This document shows positions 49,647 to 59,206 of a stretch of 64,000 bases of DNA, one piece after another. This DNA is from Vulcanimicrobiales bacterium (GTDB taxonomy: Bacteria; Vulcanimicrobiota; Vulcanimicrobiia; Vulcanimicrobiales; Vulcanimicrobiaceae). Location of the stretch: positions 1 to 64,000 of the forward strand of contig JBBQQR010000011.1 in assembly GCA_038215615.1 (NCBI GenBank). The letters are read 5' to 3'. The notes beneath the pieces are model-generated. The model made no database searches. It saw only the letters and a program-made list of their open reading frames with translations, and was not told where the DNA came from. The translations under genes and the position numbers were made by a program. Each line of letters starts with the position of its first letter. The stretch's first letter is position 1.

Positions 49647-50200
49647 TGGCCGACAGCTTTAAGGAAGCCGAAGGCAAAATGAACAAGTGCGTCGACGCGA
49701 CGCGCAGCGAATTCGCCGCGATTCGCACGGGCCGCGCCACGCCCGCGCTCCTCGACCGCATCCAGGTCGAGGCCTACGGCACGTTGGTTCCGCTCAAACA
49801 GGTCGCGACCGTGAGTGCGCCGGATCCGCGGTCGCTGACGATCGTCGCCTTCGATCGCAACACGGTCGGCGACATCCGCAAAGCGATCGAGAAGAGCGAT
49901 CTCGGGCTAAGCCCCAACGTTGACGGCGGTTCGGTTCGCCTTGCCATTCCGTCGCTGAATGAGGAGCGCCGGAAAGACCTCGTGAAAATCGTCAAGAAAA
50001 AGGGCGAGGACGGCAAAATCGCGGTTCGCAATGTTCGCCATAGGGTGCATGACGATTTGCGCACGCAACTCAAAGACCACGACATTACCGAAGACGACAA
50101 CAAGCGCAAGCAGGACCAATTGCAAAAAATGACCGACCGCTTTATCAAAGAGATCGATCAGTTGGTGACTGCCAAAGAAAAAGAAATCATGGAGGTATAG
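49646..50200 (+). CDS. frr: Ribosome recycling factor
   Basis: IRTGRA, EERRKDLVK, VRNVR, KEKEIM. Confidence 0.98.
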
Positions 50201-50203
50201 CTT

Positions 50204-50413
50204 CTGCTTGACGAGCTGATCCTGATGCCCGAGGTGCAAGCGCGCCGCCATCTGCGCGGGCGCGTCGGCGCGTTTTCGGTTCTGGCGCCCGTTGGCTCAT
50301 TCGCGGGTAAAGGTGCGCTGCGCGTTTTGCGCGTTCGCGCGCACGATACAGCCGGTGACGAAGCACGCCTGGAACTGACCTGCGGCTACGAATCCTACGA
50401 GCGGATCAGCTGA
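50204..50413 (+). CDS. Small hypothetical protein between frr and uppS (CTG 50204 or ATG 50225 start)
   Basis: Fills the operon gap; TGATG overlap with uppS; GGAGG 8 nt before the CTG. Confidence 0.6.
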   Translation: MLDELILMPEVQARRHLRGRVGAFSVLAPVGSFAGKGALRVLRVRAHDTAGDEARLELTCGYESYERIS

Positions 50414-51153
50414 TGGCACGCGTTCTCCCGGCGGCCCAAGACGAGCTCGATCTGGCGAAGCTTCCCAAGCACATCGCGATCATCATGGACGGAAACCGGC
50501 GCTGGGCGAAACATCGCGGCATGCCCGCGATCGAAGGACACCGCCGCGGGATGCTTGCGCTGCGTGAAGTGACGCGCGCCTGCAGTGATTTTGGGATTCC
50601 CATACTAACCGTCTACGGATTCTCCACGGAAAACTGGCGCCGCGACTCGACGGAGATTTCGCTGCTTCTGGACTTGTGCGTCTATTTTGCGCAACACGAA
50701 CTCGTCGAGCTGAGCCGCAACAACGTGAAGGTGAACGTGATCGGAGCGTACCGTGCGCTTCCTCCGGCATCGCGCGACGCGCTCGACCGTCTGATGGAAC
50801 GCACCGCTTCCAATACCGGGCTGCTGCTGAACCTGGCCGTTAACTACAGCGCACGGGCAGAGCTGCAGCGCGCCGTCGCGCAGATCGCGGGCGACGTGGC
50901 GGGCGGGAAGCTGCGCCCGGATGAGATCGACGAAGCAAAGATTTCTTCGTATTTATATACGGCCGATCAGCCGGATCCCGACATGCTGATCCGCCCCGGC
51001 GGCGAGCACCGTCTCTCCAATTTTTTGCTCTACCAAGTCGCCTACACCGAACTGGTGATGAGCGAAGTCTACTGGCCCGACTTCGGAAGGGATGAGTTCG
51101 TACGGACGCTACTTGAGTTTCAGAAGCGGCAACGCCGTTTCGGCGGAACGTGA
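50413..51153 (+). CDS. uppS: Undecaprenyl diphosphate synthase
   Basis: HIAIIMDGNRRWA, FSTENW, RLSNFLL. Confidence 0.97.
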   Translation: MARVLPAAQDELDLAKLPKHIAIIMDGNRRWAKHRGMPAIEGHRRGMLALREVTRACSDFGIPILTVYGFSTENWRRDSTEISLLLDLCVYFAQHELVELSRNNVKVNVIGAYRALPPASRDALDRLMERTASNTGLLLNLAVNYSARAELQRAVAQIAGDVAGGKLRPDEIDEAKISSYLYTADQPDPDMLIRPGGEHRLSNFLLYQVAYTELVMSEVYWPDFGRDEFVRTLLEFQKRQRRFGGT

Positions 51154-51995
51154 ACGCCGTCCGGCCGGCGGCTGCGGCGCCGGCAAATCCGGTAACGACC
51201 CGCCGCGTACTGGTCGGAATCGCCCTCGCCGTTGCCGGCCTCGGGTCGGTGTTCGTGCCGGCAGCCTTCTACAGCGTTGTCTTGGCGGTCGGTGCGATGA
51301 GCGTCTACGAACTCGCGCGGCTCTGTGAAATAAAGGGCCAGCCGCTCGAGTATCAAGTCGCAGTTCCAGGCGTACTGGCATACATTTTACTGAGCGTTTT
51401 CAAGCTGCTGCCGCATTGGGAAGGCGCGTTGCTTGCGTCGGTGGTGCTGGTTGCTTTCTGGCTGGGCATGTATGGCGAGCAGAAGGGCTACTTCGCCCGC
51501 ACCGCTTACACGCTGCTCGCGGTTCTCTACATTGGCAAGCTGCTGACGTACTTCATTTTTGTCCGCCAAGTGCCGCGCATGGGTTTAGATTGGACGCTCT
51601 TCGTCATCGTCCTGATCGCGTTGACCGACATTCTAGCGATGATCGTCGGCTCGCTGGCCGGCCGCACGCCGCTCACCAAAATATCTCCGAAAAAAACCGT
51701 CGAGGGCTCCATCGGCGCGCTCGTGCTTGTCACGGCGGCCGGCGCGCTCCTGGGAACAAGTCCGTATTTGGGAATGCTATGGTGGCAGGGCGCGGCACTG
51801 GGTGCCGCGACCTGCATCGCCGCGCAAGCGGGGGACTTGGTCGAGTCGGCGCTCAAGCGGGACGCGGGAGTAAAGGATACCGGAACCGTGATTCAGGGTC
51901 ACGGCGGCGTGCTGGACCGGTTCGATTCGTATCTGTTCGGCGGCATGGCGTTTTACGGGACGCTGCACGTCATTGGGCTGCTTCACTTTGCCTAA
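51150..51995 (+). CDS. cdsA: Phosphatidate cytidylyltransferase
   Basis: ISPKKTVEG, GDLVESALKR..GVKD, GHGGVLDRFDS. Confidence 0.95.
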   Translation: MNAVRPAAAAPANPVTTRRVLVGIALAVAGLGSVFVPAAFYSVVLAVGAMSVYELARLCEIKGQPLEYQVAVPGVLAYILLSVFKLLPHWEGALLASVVLVAFWLGMYGEQKGYFARTAYTLLAVLYIGKLLTYFIFVRQVPRMGLDWTLFVIVLIALTDILAMIVGSLAGRTPLTKISPKKTVEGSIGALVLVTAAGALLGTSPYLGMLWWQGAALGAATCIAAQAGDLVESALKRDAGVKDTGTVIQGHGGVLDRFDSYLFGGMAFYGTLHVIGLLHFA

Positions 51996-53124
51996 GCGCG
52001 TCGCAATTCTGGGAAGTACCGGATCTATTGGAACGCAGGCGCTCGACGTCATTGCGCTCTATCCCGATCGTTTTGTCGTCTGTGGGCTGGCCGCGGGAAA
52101 ACAGATCGATAAACTACGCGAACAGACCGAGCGGTTCGGCGTAAAAATCGCGGCGTCGGCGCAAGACGGAACGGCCGGGCTACTCCGCGTGGCCATCGAG
52201 TCGAAGCCCGATGTGCTGCTGGCCGCTACCGATGGGTTCGTTTCTTTCGAGGCAGTTTTTGCTGCCGCCGAGCGTGGTATCGACGTCGCGGTTGCCAACA
52301 AAGAGTTGATCGTGGCGGCCGGCGACCTGCTGATGGCCGCGGCGGCAAAATCAGGATCTCAGATCGTGCCGGTCGATTCCGAACACTCCGCAATTTTCCA
52401 GTGTCTCATTGGTGAAAGCCGCGATCGAGTGCACTCGATCGTTTTGACGGCTTCCGGCGGCCCGTTCTGGCGAAAAACGAAGGACGAGATCCGAAATGCG
52501 TCGCTCGGTGCAGCGCTGGCCCACCCGACGTGGCAGATGGGCGTGAAGAATACGGTCGACTCCGCGAGCATGATGAACAAGGGGCTCGAGGTCATTGAAG
52601 CAAGCCGGCTCTTCGGTTTTCCCGGCGAGCGCATCGGCATACTGGTGCATCCCCAATCGATCGCGCATGGCATAGTGATCTTCAGCGACGGCAACGTGAA
52701 GGTTCAGGCCGCCGCTCCCGACATGCGACTCCCCATTGGGTATGCGCTGTCATTTCCGGACAGGCTGACCGGCAGCGGGGCAAACGATCCGCTGCAAGCC
52801 ATTGGCGCCCATCCGGAGGCCTCGGCGTTGCGTTACGATTTTGAGCGGCCCGACCCGGACCGGTTTCCTTGCGTGGCCCTGGCGTTCGAAGCGCTGGCTG
52901 CCGGAGGCACGATGCCGGCCGTTCTTTCAGCCGCAAACGAAATCGCCGTGCGTGCGTTTGTAGATGGTGAGATCGGCTTCGGGCTCATCCCGGAAATTAT
53001 CGGCGAGGCTCTCTCGTCCGCAACGGTTCGCGAGGTGAATCTCGCGACGCTGCGGCAAGCCGACGCGCAAGCTCGCGACGACGCGCGTACGGCAGTCAAC
53101 GCGGCGCGCCGCGTAAAGGTGTAA
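51988..53124 (+). CDS. dxr: 1-deoxy-D-xylulose-5-phosphate reductoisomerase
   Basis: LGSTGSIG, ANKE, PVDSEHSA, HPTWQMG, NKGLE. Confidence 0.97.
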   Translation: MPKRVAILGSTGSIGTQALDVIALYPDRFVVCGLAAGKQIDKLREQTERFGVKIAASAQDGTAGLLRVAIESKPDVLLAATDGFVSFEAVFAAAERGIDVAVANKELIVAAGDLLMAAAAKSGSQIVPVDSEHSAIFQCLIGESRDRVHSIVLTASGGPFWRKTKDEIRNASLGAALAHPTWQMGVKNTVDSASMMNKGLEVIEASRLFGFPGERIGILVHPQSIAHGIVIFSDGNVKVQAAAPDMRLPIGYALSFPDRLTGSGANDPLQAIGAHPEASALRYDFERPDPDRFPCVALAFEALAAGGTMPAVLSAANEIAVRAFVDGEIGFGLIPEIIGEALSSATVREVNLATLRQADAQARDDARTAVNAARRVKV

Positions 53125-53129
53125 ATCGA

Positions 53130-54263
53130 GTGGTGATACTGGCGGCGATTACTCTCACGAGCGTTGCGAAAATTGCGCTGTTCTTGTTCGTACTTTCGGT
53201 TCTCGTCGTGCTGCATGAGTACGGTCACTTCATCCTGGCCCGGTTGAGCAAGGTACGCGTACTGGAGTTTTCGGTCGGCTTCGGCCCGAAGCTCGCCGGG
53301 TGGACCAGCAAGCGCAGCGGGACGGCATATTCCTTTCGAGCATTACCGCTCGGAGGCTACTGCGCAATGCATGGCGAGGACAACAAGACGTCCGAAGCCG
53401 AACAGCAGCGCGATTTCCGTCAGGAAGCGCCGGTCTACGATGAAGACAACTTTCAGGCCAAGAAACCTTGGACGCGGCTGGCGATCATCGCGGCCGGACC
53501 GATCGCGAACTTTATCTTATGCTTGGCGATTCTCTTTGTCGGCGCCATCGCTTTCGGTGTGCAAAGCGATAAGGTTCAACCTCGCATCGGCCCGCTCACA
53601 CCGAACTATCCCGCTCAGAAGGTTGGTATGCGCGCAGGCGATCGCATCGTGGCCGTCAATGGTGTTGCGGTCTTAGGCGGCGATACGCTCATCAAAACGA
53701 TTCACGGATCGCTTGGTAAACATCTGCGTGTGACGTTCGATCACAATGGCGAACAGCGCACGGTAGCGGTGACGCCTATCCGTTGTCCGGCTCCGCAAGA
53801 AAATCAAGGATGTCTGGGGTTTTCGCCGGTTGCGGTTTTCGAACGCGTCGGATTGGGCCAGGCCACGCAGTCGGCGCTCGAAAGCTTCGTTCTCATCGGA
53901 CGGCAAACGTTTGGAAGTCTCGCGCTGCTAGTCAGCCATCCACGGCAATATTTTCCGCAGCTGAGTGGAGCGGTGGGCATGGGCCGGGCGGCGATGTCCA
54001 TTCAGGACTTCGGCTGGGGCCCGTACTTCTTTTTTGCCGCGCTCATCTCGTTTGCGCTCGGGCTTTTCAATCTGCTGCCGCTCCCGGCGTTGGACGGCGG
54101 AAGGGCCGCTTTCATCGTCGCGGAGCTGATACGCGGAAAACCCGTCGATCCGGAGAAAGAAGCCATCGTGCACATCACGGGCTTCGCCGTGCTGATTGCG
54201 CTTATGCTCGTCATCAACTTTTATAACGTCGTGCAGATATACCAAGGAAAAGGCCCCTTTTGA
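53130..54263 (+). CDS. rseP: RseP-like M50 intramembrane protease with PDZ domain
   Basis: HEYGH, AGPIAN, NLLPLPALDGG. Confidence 0.93.
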   Translation: MVILAAITLTSVAKIALFLFVLSVLVVLHEYGHFILARLSKVRVLEFSVGFGPKLAGWTSKRSGTAYSFRALPLGGYCAMHGEDNKTSEAEQQRDFRQEAPVYDEDNFQAKKPWTRLAIIAAGPIANFILCLAILFVGAIAFGVQSDKVQPRIGPLTPNYPAQKVGMRAGDRIVAVNGVAVLGGDTLIKTIHGSLGKHLRVTFDHNGEQRTVAVTPIRCPAPQENQGCLGFSPVAVFERVGLGQATQSALESFVLIGRQTFGSLALLVSHPRQYFPQLSGAVGMGRAAMSIQDFGWGPYFFFAALISFALGLFNLLPLPALDGGRAAFIVAELIRGKPVDPEKEAIVHITGFAVLIALMLVINFYNVVQIYQGKGPF

Positions 54264-55384
54264 TTAGGCTCCGCCGCAAAAGCAAACCGGTGTTTTTGCA
54301 AAACAAAACCGGGAAGGACGACGCCAAATCCGTTTGGATCGGCGGCGACTATCCGATTGTCGTGCAGACGATGACGACCACCGATACCGGTGACGCCGAC
54401 GCGACGCTCGCTCAGATCTACGGCTTAGCGATGGAAGGCGCCGAGGTTGTGCGCGTGACCGTCAAGGATGCGCCCGATGCGGCCGCCATGCCCACGATCG
54501 TGCAACGTTCGCCGGTGCCGATTGTCGCGGACATTCATTTCGATCACCGCATGGCGCTGGCCGCAATCGAAGCCGGCGTTGCCAAGCTGCGCCTCAATCC
54601 GGGCAACATCCGCGATTACAACAAGACCAAAGAAGTTGTCGAGGCGGCCAAAGCCCGCGGAATTCCGATCCGCATCGGCGTCAACATGGGCTCACTCGCG
54701 CCCGACCTCGAGAAAACGCTCGGGCATACGCCCGAAGCGATGGTCGAGTCCGCGATGCGGCACGTTCAAATTCTCGAAGACCTGCAGCACACGGAGATCG
54801 TTATCTCGCTGAAGGCCCACGATGTGATGTCGACGGTCGCCGCTTATCGCTTGATGGACAAACGCCTGCGCGAGCGCGACACGCCGTACGCACTGCATTT
54901 GGGCATTACTGAGGCCGGGCTGCTCCGCGACGGTACGATCAAATCTTCCGTCGGCTTGGGAATTCTGTTATTCGAAGGCATCGGCGATACGATTCGCATC
55001 TCGCTGGCAGCCGATCCGCTCGAAGAAGTGCCCGCATGCTGGAGCTTGCTCAAAGCGTTGGGTCTGCGCGAAAAAGGTTTTGAGATTACCGCATGCCCGT
55101 CGTGCGGGCGAGCCGAGATCAGCGTCTTGGAACTTGGTGAGAGTGTCGAGAAGATCGCCAAAGAGTATACCGCGCCGGTGAAAGTCGCCGTCATGGGCTG
55201 TGTCGTTAACGGTCCGGGCGAATCGAAGATGGCGGACGTCGGCGTAGCCGGCGGAAAGGGCAAAGGCGCAATTTATCGCGCCGGCGAGTTGGTCGGAACG
55301 TTCCCCGAGGATCAGCTCCTCAATGCATTACGCGCGGAAATCGAAAAAGTGATCCGCGAAAAGTACCCGGAGCATGCGGTATAA
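54260..55384 (+). CDS. ispG: HMBPP synthase IspG
   Basis: VADIHF, RLNPGN, HLGITEAG, CPSCGR, MGCVVNGPGE. Confidence 0.97.
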   Translation: MIRLRRKSKPVFLQNKTGKDDAKSVWIGGDYPIVVQTMTTTDTGDADATLAQIYGLAMEGAEVVRVTVKDAPDAAAMPTIVQRSPVPIVADIHFDHRMALAAIEAGVAKLRLNPGNIRDYNKTKEVVEAAKARGIPIRIGVNMGSLAPDLEKTLGHTPEAMVESAMRHVQILEDLQHTEIVISLKAHDVMSTVAAYRLMDKRLRERDTPYALHLGITEAGLLRDGTIKSSVGLGILLFEGIGDTIRISLAADPLEEVPACWSLLKALGLREKGFEITACPSCGRAEISVLELGESVEKIAKEYTAPVKVAVMGCVVNGPGESKMADVGVAGGKGKGAIYRAGELVGTFPEDQLLNALRAEIEKVIREKYPEHAV

Positions 55385-55829
55385 ACCGCCGGGCCTCGCT
55401 GCCGTAGCGATTACCGCGGCGATCGCGATCGCCGTTTCGCTGGCAATTTCGGTTGCCAAGCCCGTGGAAGTCCGCGTCGACGGCCAGCCGATGCTTACCG
55501 ACGTCGCGCCGGTGCGAACCGACGCAGAGACGGTGTATGTGCCCCTGCGTCCATTGAGCGACGCGCTCGGCGCCGAAACACGTTACGATGCCAAGTCCGG
55601 CGAGATATTCATGACGCGCGGCGACCAGTCGCTCCATCTGCGCATCGGTGACGTGCACGCCACGCTCAACGGTATGCCGATGACGATGCGGCACGCGCCC
55701 TTTCGCGTGCGCGGGCGCGCGATGATCGGCTTGCGTACCGTTCAAAAAGCCTTCGGCGTGCGCGTAAGATTCGACAAAGCGACGTCGCGAGTCGACGTCG
55801 ACACACCGGGAGCGGCCGCCGCGCCTTAA
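55374..55829 (+). CDS. Copper amine oxidase N-terminal (stalk) domain protein
   Basis: Signal anchor; VYVPLRPLSDALGA; APF..GRAMIGLR. Confidence 0.82.
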   Translation: MRYKPPGLAAVAITAAIAIAVSLAISVAKPVEVRVDGQPMLTDVAPVRTDAETVYVPLRPLSDALGAETRYDAKSGEIFMTRGDQSLHLRIGDVHATLNGMPMTMRHAPFRVRGRAMIGLRTVQKAFGVRVRFDKATSRVDVDTPGAAAAP

Positions 55830-57343
55830 ACCTCCTGTAAACCCTCAGGCTCGACGACCGGCACGACGTTCTCGGGATCGGAATTGCGGAAGCCATAGGC
55901 AAAGAAGAAGAACAGGCCGACGATCAATGCGCCGCCAAACCAGACCCACGTTGTCCTCGACAAGCCAAATATCGCGAGGAACAGCGAGCTGACAATGCCC
56001 GCCAGCGGGAACCACGGGGAAAACGGTACGCGAAAACTGCGCGGCATATCGGGATTTCGTTTACGCAAATACAGCACGCCCGCGCAAACGACGGAGAACG
56101 CGATCAGCGTTCCGATATTTACCAAGTTCAGAAGATTGACGAGCGGCACTATCAACGCTAGGAGGGCGACCGCGAAGCCGGTGCCGAGCGTCGTGACGAT
56201 TGGAGTCTTGAAGCGCGGATGCACTTTAGCGATCACGGGCGGCAACATTTTGTCGCGAGCCATGACGTAAAAAATCCGGGACTGACCGAGGAGCGATGCT
56301 AGCGCGACGCTCGTCGTTCCTGCAAGCACACCGAGCGTGATTATCCAGCTCAGGAGCGGAATATGCAGCGGCGCAAGGGCGTGGACTAGCGGATTCTTAA
56401 TCGGTACGTTCTGCCAAGGCCCGGATCCAACTAAGACCAAAGCCGTGGCGCAATATAATACCGTCCCGATCGCCAGTGCGCCGATAACGCCTAGGGGCAC
56501 GTCGCGCTGCGGATTTTTGCACTCCTCGGCGGTGGTCGTCGCGGCATCGAATCCGATATAGGCAAAGAATACCCACGCCGAGATCGCGATGATACCGTAC
56601 GGCTGAGATGATTCGGCGACGCCGCCGAAAGCGTGCAGCGCGCCCCAGCCCTTCGGATTAAAGTTGTGAAAATTGAACGCATGTACGAGAAAGATTCCCG
56701 CAACGATAAAGACCAGGAGCGCTCCAATTTTTAGGACGACGAAGATGTTGTTCGTCGTTGCCGTTTCGCGGATACCGATGGAGAGCAAAACGCTCAAGAG
56801 CAAAATAAAGAATGCGCTCACCACATCGTATTGGGAGTGCAGTAAGTCCCATTGCCAAAACTGCCACCAGGCGCCATGCATGATAAAGTTCGATTGTTGC
56901 GCCCAGCCCGGCAGCACCATACCAAGACTCTTTAGAATGTCTTGAATGGCGGCGGAAAATTGCTGCGCTACGGGGGCCGCACTGATGCCGTATTCGAAAA
57001 TCAGGGCGAACCCGATAATCCAGGCAAAGAGTTTACCCATCGTCGCATAGGCGTACGTGTAGGCGCTTCCGGCGACAGGAACCATGGCGCCGAGCTCTGC
57101 ATAACAGAGCGCCGCAAAGAACGATGTCGCGCCCGCGAGCAAATACGAAATAATAACGGCCGGGCCGGCCCCTCGCACGGCAGTTCCGACGGTTGTGAAG
57201 ATACCGCCGCCGATCATCGTTCCCAGACCAATAGCGATGAGATCCCTAGCCGTCAGCGCCCGTCGCAGGATCTTTCGTCCTCCCAGCTCGCGCAACCGGT
57301 CAGCATTGGTCGTTTGGAACAGGCGTGAAACGAATGAGCTCAT
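55826..57343 (-). CDS. APC-family amino acid permease
   Basis: IGGGIF, CYAELGAMVPVAGSAY, FAYIGFD, EECKNPQR. Confidence 0.95.
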   Translation of the reverse strand: MSSFVSRLFQTTNADRLRELGGRKILRRALTARDLIAIGLGTMIGGGIFTTVGTAVRGAGPAVIISYLLAGATSFFAALCYAELGAMVPVAGSAYTYAYATMGKLFAWIIGFALIFEYGISAAPVAQQFSAAIQDILKSLGMVLPGWAQQSNFIMHGAWWQFWQWDLLHSQYDVVSAFFILLLSVLLSIGIRETATTNNIFVVLKIGALLVFIVAGIFLVHAFNFHNFNPKGWGALHAFGGVAESSQPYGIIAISAWVFFAYIGFDAATTTAEECKNPQRDVPLGVIGALAIGTVLYCATALVLVGSGPWQNVPIKNPLVHALAPLHIPLLSWIITLGVLAGTTSVALASLLGQSRIFYVMARDKMLPPVIAKVHPRFKTPIVTTLGTGFAVALLALIVPLVNLLNLVNIGTLIAFSVVCAGVLYLRKRNPDMPRSFRVPFSPWFPLAGIVSSLFLAIFGLSRTTWVWFGGALIVGLFFFFAYGFRNSDPENVVPVVEPEGLQEV

Positions 57344-57936
57344 CGAGAGTCCTCCGGTGGTTGCGAGGCAGCGTTCCATTGCGCTTCCGGAAAACCGGAG
57401 CGGGCGTTGATCCAGCGCGCCCAAACAAAGAGCGCATCGGAAAGACGGTTCAAGACTCGAAGGGTCGCTTCCGAAATCTCCGGCTCCCCTTCGCGCAGCG
57501 TGACGAGCAGGCGCTCCGCTCGGCGGCACACGGTTCGGGCAAAATGCAGAGCAGCCCCGGCCGGGCTGCCGCCCGGAAGTATGAACGCGCCGAGCGGCTC
57601 GAGATCGGTATCAGCTTCATCGATCGCTCGCTCCAACGCCCTGACCTGATCGTCGCCCGCCAGCGCCATTCCGCTCCACTCTTTGCCGGCCGGCGTTGCG
57701 AGTTCCGCGCCGAGGTCGAAGAGCAGGTTCTGCGTCCAAGCGAGCCACGCGTCAAGTCGCGACGCGTTTGCGCTTGCAGCTAGGTGTGCGCGTGCGATCC
57801 CGATGGCGCTTGAAAGTTCGTCGAGCGTACCGTACGTTTCGATGCGCCCGTTATTCTTCGAGACGCGCGAGCCCCCGACGAGTCCGGTACTGCCCGTATC
57901 GCCGGCCCGGGTGTAGATCCGCGTGCGCTTTGACAT
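57340..57936 (-). CDS. PduO-type cob(I)alamin adenosyltransferase
   Basis: IYTRAGDTG, YGTLDELSS, FILPGG, RTVCRRAER, LNRLSD. Confidence 0.95.
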   Translation of the reverse strand: MSKRTRIYTRAGDTGSTGLVGGSRVSKNNGRIETYGTLDELSSAIGIARAHLAASANASRLDAWLAWTQNLLFDLGAELATPAGKEWSGMALAGDDQVRALERAIDEADTDLEPLGAFILPGGSPAGAALHFARTVCRRAERLLVTLREGEPEISEATLRVLNRLSDALFVWARWINARSGFPEAQWNAASQPPEDSR

Positions 57937-58015
57937 GCTGGTTCTTGCAACGCTCGCGCGCCTCAGGCCTTTCGGGGGAACGGAACCGGCTGCCGATGGC
58001 GAACGTAATGGCACT

Positions 58016-59206
58016 ATGAGCAAAAGGATAGAACGCCGCGAGTTTCTCGCAGCTTGCGCAGCGGTTTCGGCGACGGCCTCCTTGGGTGGGATGGCTTACG
58101 GGCAGCAAGCGGGCTTCGTCCCTGCTAATATCTCACTCGACGCGTCGGTCTCGGGCCGGCGCATGCTGGCCGAGTTCATGGGTTTGAGTTTTGAAGCGTC
58201 GCTGATACCGGGCGGCGCGTTTTTCAACGGTTCGAACCGCCCCCTGATCGACTACGTGCGCGGCTTGGGCAACCGCGGCATCTTGCAATTCGGCGGACCG
58301 AATGTCGACACGGCGACGTACGCTCCGGCAGACCTTGCATATCTTGCACAGTTTTTGGACGCGGTGGGCTGGCGCGCGATACTGGGTTTAAGTTTGAGCG
58401 CTCCTGTGTTCGCCGTGGCGGATCAAGCCGCTAAAGCCAGCCAAGCTTTGGGCGAACGTCTGCTGACATTCGAGATCGGGAGCGCTCCCGATCTGCGCTT
58501 CAAAGACTACGGCTCTTTCCTCGCCGCATTTCGAACCCGCGTCTCTTCGATCAGCGCGAACGATCCGGCCGCGATGTATGCGGGGCCGGCGACCGCGGGG
58601 CACCCGGATTGGGCGGCGCGTTTTGGTCAGGACGAGCGCCCGCAACTGGTCATGATTACCCAACAGTACCGCCACACCGGCGGTGAGGCGGCGTTGCGAA
58701 TCGGCGTGCGCGATCTTCCGAAGTCTACGGCTCTGGTCGATCTACCCTATCGTATCGAACAAATCGTCTCGAGCGCGAACAACATGTCCAATGCGCTTTG
58801 GGCGCTCGACTTTGGATTGGAACTCGCCGCGAGCGGTGCCGATGGCGCCAATTTCCACGACGATGCCGACGGCCAGCGCGGGCCGCTCTATCAGGCGCTG
58901 CTGCTGCTCAAAGAATCGGTGGGCGCCCGGTTCGTCACTCGTCAGCTGCAAACGACGAATAATAATTTCACGACGTTCGCAATCGAGCGCGATGACGGAA
59001 CGCGCGTCGTGACGCTGATCAACCGCGACTCGAATGTGGCCGTGACCGTCAACGTGAACGCGGGTCGGCCCGCGCGCAATCCGCGCGTGCGCCGCCTGAC
59101 CGCCTTGAGCATGGACACCACTCAAGTCAACGTCGTGGATTGGCAGAACGCCGATCCCGCGGCGCTCGACGTGCCGCCCGCATCGGCGGCGGTGCTCACG
59201 CTCTGA
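58016..59206 (+). CDS. Tat-exported GH79-like (clan GH-A) protein, probably non-catalytic
   Basis: ERREFL Tat signal; FMGLSFE, GG, FEIGSAPD, GPA, ALWALD, GANFH, PLY, LINRD. Confidence 0.7.
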   Translation: MSKRIERREFLAACAAVSATASLGGMAYGQQAGFVPANISLDASVSGRRMLAEFMGLSFEASLIPGGAFFNGSNRPLIDYVRGLGNRGILQFGGPNVDTATYAPADLAYLAQFLDAVGWRAILGLSLSAPVFAVADQAAKASQALGERLLTFEIGSAPDLRFKDYGSFLAAFRTRVSSISANDPAAMYAGPATAGHPDWAARFGQDERPQLVMITQQYRHTGGEAALRIGVRDLPKSTALVDLPYRIEQIVSSANNMSNALWALDFGLELAASGADGANFHDDADGQRGPLYQALLLLKESVGARFVTRQLQTTNNNFTTFAIERDDGTRVVTLINRDSNVAVTVNVNAGRPARNPRVRRLTALSMDTTQVNVVDWQNADPAALDVPPASAAVLTL

